DNA of 31,230 nucleotides from the IMG/VR virus record IMGVR_UViG_3300045988_134388, positions 1 to 31,230 of that record; one strand, given 5' to 3'. Position numbers and translations under genes: made by a program. The notes below the pieces were generated by a model. The model was given only the letters and a program-made list of their open reading frames with translations. It was not told the DNA's origin and did not search any database. Source of the DNA: a virus. Of the stretch, positions 8,563-17,000 are shown one piece after another; position 1 is the first letter of the stretch, and each line of letters starts with the position of its first letter.

Positions 8563-8576
8563 GGAGAGCATAAGCA

Positions 8577-8957
8577 ATGACTACAAATACTTTAACAATT
8601 CAATCAGAGCTATATAAACAGCTCTCAACTCTTAATATTCCAGTCTATGATTATATACCTACAGATGCAAAGATGCCTTATATAAAGCTTGGTTATATGA
8701 ATATGAGAGATTATTCAACTAAAACAAATGAAGGCATTCAAGTCAATCAATATATAGATATATTCTCAGATTACAAAGGACAAAAGGAAACAAGAGAAAT
8801 AATGCATCAAATCATGGATAAGATGCAGCAATTCAATATAAATAACCATGATATTAAAACATCTCTAATAAACACAGAAGTTTTAGAAGAGAAGAATGAA
8901 GGCTCACTAGGGCCTATTTTTCATGGTGTTTTAATCTATAAAATCAAATCAATTTAA
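8577..8957 (+). CDS. Tail terminator-like protein (DUF3168-like)
   Basis: 126 aa. Assigned from synteny immediately before the major tail gene. Confidence 0.6.
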   Translation: MTTNTLTIQSELYKQLSTLNIPVYDYIPTDAKMPYIKLGYMNMRDYSTKTNEGIQVNQYIDIFSDYKGQKETREIMHQIMDKMQQFNINNHDIKTSLINTEVLEEKNEGSLGPIFHGVLIYKIKSI

Positions 8958-8995
8958 CAATTCTAAAAATTTATTAATGAAAGGAATAGATAAAT

Positions 8996-9391
8996 ATGGC
9001 TACTAAAAGAGGATTAGATATATTACTTTCTGTTGGTGAAACTTCTATAGGTGGGCAAAGAAATGCATCAATAGAAATGTCAACAGAGGTTATAGATATA
9101 TCAACAAAAACAACTGGAGACTGGACTGCCAAAATGTCTGGAGCTAAGTCTTGGACTTCTGATTGTGATGGAATATACATGGATGGAGATGAAGGTTATC
9201 AAGCAGCTTTAGATGCTTTTATAAATGGGACTGAGGTTAATGTGAAAATAGCAGATGCTACATCAACTGTTGGATTTAGTGGAAAAGCTATAATAACATC
9301 TTTCTCATTTGAAGCTCCATATGAAGATACAGTGACTTATGAAATGTCATTTGAGGGTGTTGGAGAATTAACTCCAATAAAAGCTGCCTAA
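8996..9391 (+). CDS. Major tail protein
   Basis: 131 aa with a strong SD. Assigned from its position before the chaperone pair, and it resembles the small phi13/TP901-type tail tube proteins. Confidence 0.8.
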   Translation: MATKRGLDILLSVGETSIGGQRNASIEMSTEVIDISTKTTGDWTAKMSGAKSWTSDCDGIYMDGDEGYQAALDAFINGTEVNVKIADATSTVGFSGKAIITSFSFEAPYEDTVTYEMSFEGVGELTPIKAA

Positions 9392-9420
9392 ATAAACTAC
9401 AAAGGAGATGCAAGAGCATT

Positions 9421-9741
9421 ATGATTATAAATGGAACTATAAAAATAAACAATAAAGACTATTACTTAAATTATGACATAAATACTTTATGCATGATGAA
9501 AGGACAAGGGCTTGATGTTATGAAGCTTGACCAGATAGAAATGGACATCTTAACTATAAGAGATTTATTCTATTTTGGTTTATGTAGATTACAAAAGAAC
9601 TTAACTAAAGAAGATGCAGGAGATTTAATGAGTGAATACATCCAAAATGGTAGCTCATTTGATGAATTAGCAACAGTTATAACTGATGCTCTTACAAATT
9701 CTTTAGGTTTAAATACAAATAATGATGAAGAGGGAAAGTAG
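9421..9741 (+). CDS. Tail assembly chaperone (G-like, short product)
   Basis: 106-aa acidic ORF that ends just after the slippery heptamer. Confidence 0.85.
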   Translation: MIINGTIKINNKDYYLNYDINTLCMMKGQGLDVMKLDQIEMDILTIRDLFYFGLCRLQKNLTKEDAGDLMSEYIQNGSSFDELATVITDALTNSLGLNTNNDEEGK

Positions 9742-10061
9742 AGGACTTGCCTTCTTTTGATACATACATTGAAACTTTATTTAAAGAGATTGTAGGAGGC
9801 ATAGGGATGTCTCCTCTTTCTTTTTATGCATTAACAGTGCATGAAGCAACTTTAATTCTTGAAGGCCACAATGAAAAGATGGAACAAGATTATAACTTGC
9901 TTATGACTGCAATGTATAATGCAAATGGTGTGTTTCATGGTGGTAAAAAGTTTAAAATGCTTAAACCTTTTGATAAGAAATCAACTGAAAAGAAGGCAAG
10001 AAAAACAACTGTTGAAGAACATAATGAAACTCTAAACTTCTTAAAAAATAAATTTAAATAG
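9421..10061 (+). CDS. Tail assembly chaperone, -1 frameshift fusion (GT-like long product)
   Basis: Fusion of 9421..9738 with the -1 frame through 10061. This is the conserved arrangement upstream of tape measure genes. Confidence 0.8.
9732..9738 (+). promoter_or_regulatory. Programmed -1 ribosomal frameshift site G_GGA_AAG
   Basis: GGGAAAG is in the correct zero-frame phase (gag gga aag tag). A -1 slip reads GTA GAG GAC TTG, which is the frame of ORF 9747..10061. This ORF otherwise has only a TTG start and no SD. Confidence 0.85.
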
Positions 10062-10070
10062 AAATGGAGA

Positions 10071-12038
10071 GTGAGGAATTTGGAAGATTTAAGGGTGCAA
10101 ATGAGCCTTGACTCCTCTCAATTTAATTCTGGTATTGAGCAAGCAAGCAGCAAAGTTGGCTCACTAAAAGGAAAAATGAGTGAGATTGGGCAGGGCCTAA
10201 AAGATGTTGGTACAAAGATGACTGCTGCTGGTGTTGCTATGGTTGCTTCTGTTGGTGGTATAGTTGCAAAAGGTGCTGAATGGAGTGCTTCTGTTGAATC
10301 AACTCAATTCTTATATAATAATTTAGATAAAACTGTTCAAAAAAGTATTTCAACAAATGCTAAAAGTGCCAAGTCATTAGGTATGACTGAGCAGCAGTAT
10401 AAAAAGAATGCTACAACTATTGCAACATATTATAAAAATATGGGACTAGCTGGAGAAGAGTCTGCAAAGCTAAGTCAAAAAACCATGACTCTTTCAGCTG
10501 ATTTAGCAGCTGTTGCTGATGTTCCAGTAGATGAAGCATTAAGAGATGTTAAATCAGCTCTTATGGGGAACTATGAGGCAGTTGATAAATATGGAGTAAG
10601 CTTATCTGCTAATGCTCTTGAAAACTCTGAGTATGTTAAATCATTAGGGAAAAAGTGGAATCAGCTTTCAGAAAATGAAAAGATGATGGCTGCTTATAAT
10701 GAAATAACAAGACAATCATCATCTGCTCAAGGACTTGCAAAGCAAGAAGCAAGTTCTTTTGGTATGCAGATGAAATTATTAAAAGAATCCATAGAAGAAA
10801 CAGTAGGGCAGCTGGGAAGTGCTTTATTGCCTATATTAGAGCCAATAGTTAAGAAGTTCCAAGAAGTAACTGAAAAAGTATCTGAATGGGTAAAAGAAAA
10901 TCCAAAACTAGCACAAGCAATATTAATGGTGGTTGGTGGACTTGGATTATTTTTAGCTGTAGTTGGTCCATTGGTTGCTGCTGTTGGACTTATAACAATG
11001 GGTATTGCTGGATTATCAGCTGTATCATGGCCAGTTGTAGGAGCTGTTGCTGCTATAACAGCTGTAATAGTTGGATTAGTTGCTGCTGGTATATATCTTT
11101 ATACTCATTGGGAAGAAGTAAAAGCTAAAGCCATTGAAATATGGAATGCTATCAAAGAAGGTGTTTCTAATGCTGTTTCAGCTTTAGGAGACTTTATAAG
11201 TGCAACATGGGATGGCATCAAGGCTTTTCTGAGTACATGCTGGGAACTAATTAAATCAGCTGCAAATACAGTTTGGAATGGAATCAAGACTGTTATTAGT
11301 ACAGCAATAAATATAATAAAAACAATAATAACTACTGTTTTTAATGCTATTAAGCTTTATATTACAACTGTTTTTAATGCTATTAAACTTGTTGCAACTA
11401 CTGTTTGGAATGCTATTAAGACTGTTATTACTACAGTAGTAAATGGAATTAAAACTATTATCACAACTGTTTTTAATGCAGTTAAAAATACTATTACAAC
11501 TGTTTTTAACACTATAAAATCATTAACAACTTCTGTATGGAATGGAATTAAGACTGTTATAAATAGTGCTTGTAATACTGTTAAATCTACAGTAAGCAAT
11601 GTATTTAATGGCTTAAAAAATACTGTTAAAAATGCTTTAGATAGTGTTTACAACACTGCTAAAGGAATATGGAACAAAGTAACTGGAATATTTACAAAGC
11701 CAATTAGTGCTGTTGTAAATTTTGTTAAAGGTGGTAAAGCAGGGAAAGCTGCTAAAGCTTCTTATTCAATGCTTAATCCAAAATCAATTCCACAAGCTCA
11801 ATCTTATGCAGCTGTTTCTAAAAATTATTCTGCATCTGAAAAAATGGCTTCTTACTCAAGAAGTAATTCAGCTGGAATAAATAATTCTAGTAGTTCACCA
11901 ATCTCATTAAGTGCAAATCTTAATAGTTTTGTTCAATTAGATGGAAAAACACTAGCAAAAGCAACTGCTCCATATATGAGTAATGAGCTTGATAAATTAA
12001 CTAAGAGAAAAAATAGATTAGGAGGTGCATTTGCTTAA
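10071..12038 (+). CDS. Tape measure protein
   Basis: 655 aa with a central block of TM helices and a C-terminal 11-aa repeat array. Start is uncertain (GTG 10071, TTG 10080, ATG 10101). Confidence 0.9.
   Translation: MRNLEDLRVQMSLDSSQFNSGIEQASSKVGSLKGKMSEIGQGLKDVGTKMTAAGVAMVASVGGIVAKGAEWSASVESTQFLYNNLDKTVQKSISTNAKSAKSLGMTEQQYKKNATTIATYYKNMGLAGEESAKLSQKTMTLSADLAAVADVPVDEALRDVKSALMGNYEAVDKYGVSLSANALENSEYVKSLGKKWNQLSENEKMMAAYNEITRQSSSAQGLAKQEASSFGMQMKLLKESIEETVGQLGSALLPILEPIVKKFQEVTEKVSEWVKENPKLAQAILMVVGGLGLFLAVVGPLVAAVGLITMGIAGLSAVSWPVVGAVAAITAVIVGLVAAGIYLYTHWEEVKAKAIEIWNAIKEGVSNAVSALGDFISATWDGIKAFLSTCWELIKSAANTVWNGIKTVISTAINIIKTIITTVFNAIKLYITTVFNAIKLVATTVWNAIKTVITTVVNGIKTIITTVFNAVKNTITTVFNTIKSLTTSVWNGIKTVINSACNTVKSTVSNVFNGLKNTVKNALDSVYNTAKGIWNKVTGIFTKPISAVVNFVKGGKAGKAAKASYSMLNPKSIPQAQSYAAVSKNYSASEKMASYSRSNSAGINNSSSSPISLSANLNSFVQLDGKTLAKATAPYMSNELDKLTKRKNRLGGAFA
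11263..11690 (+). repeat. Tandem 33-bp (11-aa) repeats inside the tape measure gene
   Basis: About 12 units of the form T-T-V-F/W-N-A/G-I-K-x-x-I with a periodic aromatic residue. Confidence 0.85.
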
Positions 12039-14050
12039 TGTATGTTAAATATGCTGGAATAATTCTCTCTGATTTATTTGATGTAGTAAATCATGAAACT
12101 TCTTTATTACCTTCAAGAGAGAATGTGTCTATTGATATATTTTCTAGACAAGGGCAAATATACAATGGATTTAAATATGGCACTAGAAAGATTAAAATAA
12201 CTTTCTTAGTTAAATCAGAGAATCCATATGAATATTCTCAATATGTAAATGACATTGCAGCTGCATTTGATGTTGATGCTCCTTCTAGATTATATCTTGG
12301 AGATGAATCAAAATATTATTATGCTGTTCCAGATGGAGAAGTTAAAATCTCTGTTATAGGAGCTAGTGCTGATAAGATAGTTGGTGAAGGGGAAGTAACA
12401 TTAATTTGTTATGACCCTATGGCCTATTCTGATGAATATAAAATGTTTACTGGTACAAATAGAGTAACTGTAACAAATGAAGGTACAACAGAAACATATC
12501 CAATTATAAAAGCAAATTTCACAAAGCCAGCTGCATTTGTTCAAGTTTCAGATGAAAGCTCAAGTAAATCTGTTTTAGTTGGAAAATATCCTATGGCTGG
12601 AAATAATACAGCTCAAGAAAAAACTATTAATCTAAATGATACATGTGAAACAACTACAGACTGGCTTGCTGCTGGAAATGTAGTAGATTCTGATAGAATA
12701 GCTGAAGGAGCAATAACAATAAACTCTGGTGGATATGCTATTAAAGCAAGTAATTTTGGAACTACTAATGACCAAAAATGGCATGGTCCAGCTTTTAGAA
12801 GAAATATTGGAGCTAATATTTCAGACTTTGAAGTAATAGCAACTTTTGAGCATGATTCAAAAGGTAAAAATGTTTCTAATGCAGCCAACACTCCTTCATC
12901 AACTGATTCAAATGGGATTAAATATGAAGTAACTCCAAGCTCTGGTTTAAATGTTAGAGCTGGAAGAGGTACAAATCATAAAGTTTTAACAACAATGCCA
13001 AAAGGAACTAAAATATCTGTTACAGATATATCTGGAGGCTGGGGGAAAGTAACTTATAATAGCAAGACTGGTTACTCTTCTATGCAATATCTAAAGCAAG
13101 TCAACACATCAAGTTCATCTAATACTCATAAAACCACAGCAAATCTAAATTTAAGAAGTTCAAGAAACACTTCTAGTAAAATCATCTTAACAATTCCAAA
13201 AGGAACTGCTATAAAAGCTACAGATATAAAAAATGGATGGGCAGCTGTAACATACAATGGTAAATCTGGATATTGCTCAACAAAGTATTTAACAGCTGTT
13301 AAGGCAATAAAAAGTAATGACATACAAATGTATTCAGATGAAACTGCTGATGATAAGCTTGGAATGATTGAGCTTTATGGCTTTGATTCTAATAATCAAA
13401 AGCTTTTTAAATTATCTTTAAGAGATGCAAATTTCTATTATGAATATACACATCCAGAAGTTCAAATAGGAAATAACATAGTATTAAAAGATACTGATAA
13501 TGTTCCAGCTCCAAAAACTCATACAGAGAAGAATGACAAAGGTGAAAATATCACTGTAACTGACTTATCTGGGAAGTTTGGAAAATGGAATGAATTTTAT
13601 GGAAATATAAGAATAAAAAGAGAAACAATTAATGGGAAGCAGCAATGGTATTGTGAAGTTAATAAAATAGTTAATGGAGCTGTTACTGCTACTTTAAAAT
13701 CATCAAGTCTAGTTGCTGATAATTACCCAAAAGGCAGCTTAAATCATGTTGTTTTATATATAGGAGCTTATCAAGATAAACCAACAGTTGATATGACACT
13801 AACTCACCTACAAATTAAATCTTTAAATAAAATCACTACAGAACAAAATGTAAATATTTTTAAAGCAGGAGATGAGTTAATCATTGACTGTAAAGAAAAT
13901 AAAGTGCTTTTAAATAATGAGCCATATATGCAACATGTAGACATTGGCTCTTCATTCTTTAATATTCCAGTAGGTGATACAAATTACAGAATCATATCAG
14001 ATGATAATGAAATAACTTCATCTGTAACATTAACTGAAAGGTGGCTATAA
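12038..14050 (+). CDS. Distal tail protein (Dit) with inserted tandem SH3b-like domains
   Basis: The N-terminal Sipho_tail-like region follows the tape measure gene. There are two ~50-aa repeats: GLNVRAGRGTNHKVLTTMPKGTKISVTDISGGWGKVTY (nt ~12944-13098) and NLNLRSSRNTSSKIILTIPKGTAIKATDIKNGWAAVTY (nt ~13140-13297). Confidence 0.85.
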   Translation: MYVKYAGIILSDLFDVVNHETSLLPSRENVSIDIFSRQGQIYNGFKYGTRKIKITFLVKSENPYEYSQYVNDIAAAFDVDAPSRLYLGDESKYYYAVPDGEVKISVIGASADKIVGEGEVTLICYDPMAYSDEYKMFTGTNRVTVTNEGTTETYPIIKANFTKPAAFVQVSDESSSKSVLVGKYPMAGNNTAQEKTINLNDTCETTTDWLAAGNVVDSDRIAEGAITINSGGYAIKASNFGTTNDQKWHGPAFRRNIGANISDFEVIATFEHDSKGKNVSNAANTPSSTDSNGIKYEVTPSSGLNVRAGRGTNHKVLTTMPKGTKISVTDISGGWGKVTYNSKTGYSSMQYLKQVNTSSSSNTHKTTANLNLRSSRNTSSKIILTIPKGTAIKATDIKNGWAAVTYNGKSGYCSTKYLTAVKAIKSNDIQMYSDETADDKLGMIELYGFDSNNQKLFKLSLRDANFYYEYTHPEVQIGNNIVLKDTDNVPAPKTHTEKNDKGENITVTDLSGKFGKWNEFYGNIRIKRETINGKQQWYCEVNKIVNGAVTATLKSSSLVADNYPKGSLNHVVLYIGAYQDKPTVDMTLTHLQIKSLNKITTEQNVNIFKAGDELIIDCKENKVLLNNEPYMQHVDIGSSFFNIPVGDTNYRIISDDNEITSSVTLTERWL

Positions 14051-14055
14051 AACAT

Positions 14056-17000
14056 ATGATAAATTCAATTTTTATATTAGATAAATCAAAAACAATTGTA
14101 GATGTTTTAAGTAATAATGGAGACTCTCCTCAGTCTCCTTTTTTTGATGATAAATATGTTCAAGATTTAGCAACTGGAGCTGAGACTTTTGAATTTACAA
14201 CTGTATCAAATGAAAGAACAAGCAAATATGCTGTAGAGGGTAATTATGTTGCTTTTAAATTTAAAAATAAAATAAAGATGTTTCAAATCATGGAAACAGA
14301 AGAAGAGCATCAAGAAGCTCTATATAAAAATTATTATTGTGTGATGGCTGGGCTTGAATTAAAATATAATCCTATTAGGGAAAGAGAAATTCCATCTGCT
14401 AATGTTAGACAATTCTTTGAAATAGCTTTAGCTGATACAGACTGGAGATTAGGAATAGTTGATTCTGCTCTAGTTTTATCATCTAATATAAAAATTGAAA
14501 GAGCTACAAATGTATATAGTTTAATACAAGAGCATCTAAGCACTTTTGACATGGAAATAGAATATAGATTTGAGATGACTGGAAACAGAATCTCTGGAAT
14601 GTATATAGATGTTTACAAAAGCAGAGGTAGAGACACTGGCTTTAGATTTGAATATGGAGAAAATGTATCTGGTGTTTCTAAGCAAGTTGACATGTCAGAG
14701 CTTTGCACAGCTATGATAGGTGTTGGAAAAGATAATATAGACTTTAAATCTGTTGAATGGGGAGCTGATATGCCAGCATTAAAGCCATTGAATCAAGATT
14801 TTATAGTAGATGCTGAGGCTCACAAGATATGGAATAATAATGGCTCTTATCTTATGGGAATATATACATCTCAAACTGAATCACCACATGAGCTTTTAAC
14901 TTTAACATGGAATGAGCTTCAAAGAAGAAAGCAGCCTAAAATGACTTATGACATCCAAGTTGAAATGTTACAAGGTTATGATGATGAAATAAATATAGGT
15001 GATACTGTAAAAGTAATAGACAATGATTATATTCCAGCCTTACATTTAACAGCTAGAATAGGCAGATTAGAGCTTTCATTTACAGACTATAGACAAAATA
15101 AATGTATCTTAACAAACTTCAAAGAAGTTAAATCTGGAATATTATCACTTGACACAATTCAAACAATTATAGATGGTAAATTTCCTATAGGCTCTGAACA
15201 AATACAAGATGGAGCTATAACAGAAGGAAAAATAGATACACAGTATCTTCACACTATAAAAACAGATGTTATTATAGCTGCAAAAGCAGAAGTTGAAGAT
15301 TTAATAGCTGATAAAGCAAATATAGAAGATTTAACTGCTGTTAATGCTAAAATAGAAAACTTAAAAGTTAAAGATGCTGAAATAGAAAATGCTGTTATAA
15401 ATAATCTAAAAACTACTACAGCTGAGATAGAAAGTTTAAAAGCTAAAGATGCTACTATAGAGAACTTAGTGGCTGAGAAAGCAAATATAAAAGACTTAAA
15501 TGCTATTAATGCATCAATATCAAATTTAGAAGCTATAAAAGCAGACATAGTAGATTTAGAAGCTACTAATGCTACTATAAATAATTTAAAAGCAGATGTA
15601 GCTGAAATAGATACACTTTTAGCTGGAAACATAACTGCTGATAATATTCAAAGTGGCTCAATAACATCAAATGAATTAGCATCTGGAACAATAACAGCTG
15701 GCTCTGGTGTTATTGCAGATGGAGCTATAGGCTCTGCTCAAATATCTTCACTTGATGCTGCTAAAATAAATGCAGGAACTATAGATACATCAAGAGTAAC
15801 TGTTGCTGGTCCTAATAGTAATTTAAAATTATCTGGAAATAGATTACAAGTCTTTAATGGAGTAGGCTCTAATCAAGTTGAAAGAGTATCTCTTGGAGAT
15901 GTTAGAGGAGATGGCTCTCAATATGGTTTATTAGTTAGGGGAGCAGATGGAAAGACAGTTATAATGGATGAAAATGGTGTAACTAATGCAGGGATTACTG
16001 ATGGAGCTATAACTAATGATAAAATTAATCCAGATGCAAATATAGATGGAGCTAAGTTAAATATTAACTCTGTTATAACTAAAATCAATGAAGATGGCTC
16101 TGAATCTATTCAAGGAACTAAAATAGATATAGAAGGTACAAGCTTATCTACTAAATTATCAAATATAACTACAACTCAAACTGCTCAAGGAAATAAAATA
16201 TCTGAGCATTCTTCAAAAATAGCAGCAAATGAATCTGCTATTAATCTAAAAGTTGATTCTCAAACTTATCAATCAGATAAAGAAGGAATAGAAACACAAT
16301 TAAATAAGAATACAGCTGATATTGCTTTAAATAAAGAGCAAATAGCTTTAAAAGTAGAACAAACAGATATAGATAAAGCTAAATCAGAAGTTGAAGGCAA
16401 AATAGATACAAAAGTTAATGCTGCCAAATCTGAGATTAAAGTTACAACAGATAAAATAAGTCAAAATGTATCTAACTTAACAACTACAGTAAACAACAAA
16501 GCTGATGGCTCAACTGTATCTACTCTATCAAATAAAGTTGGCTCTTTAGAAACTTCTGTAAATGGAATATCTGGGAAAGTAAGTTCTTTAGAAACTACAA
16601 CAACTTCTATAAGTTCTACTGCTACAAATGCTCTTAATAAGGCAAATTCTGCAAGCACAGCAGCATCTAATGCTCAATCTACTGCTAATGCAAATAAAGG
16701 TAATATAACAACTTTACAAGGTGAAGTAAGCACTGTTAAATCTAATGTTGCTTCTTTAGATGTTAATTTACAAGGAATAACTCAAAGAGTAAGTTCAACT
16801 GAATCTGCTACATCTACATTAACAAGTAAAGTCAATACAGCTCAATCTACTGCTGATGCTGCTAAATCAGCTGCTGCTAATGCTCAAAATAGTGCCAACA
16901 ATGCCAATAATGCTTTAAGCATAAACCAACAAACAAAAATGAATGGTATTGAGCTATTCAACAATGAATATAAATCTAACACAAGTGCTAGGCCATTTAC

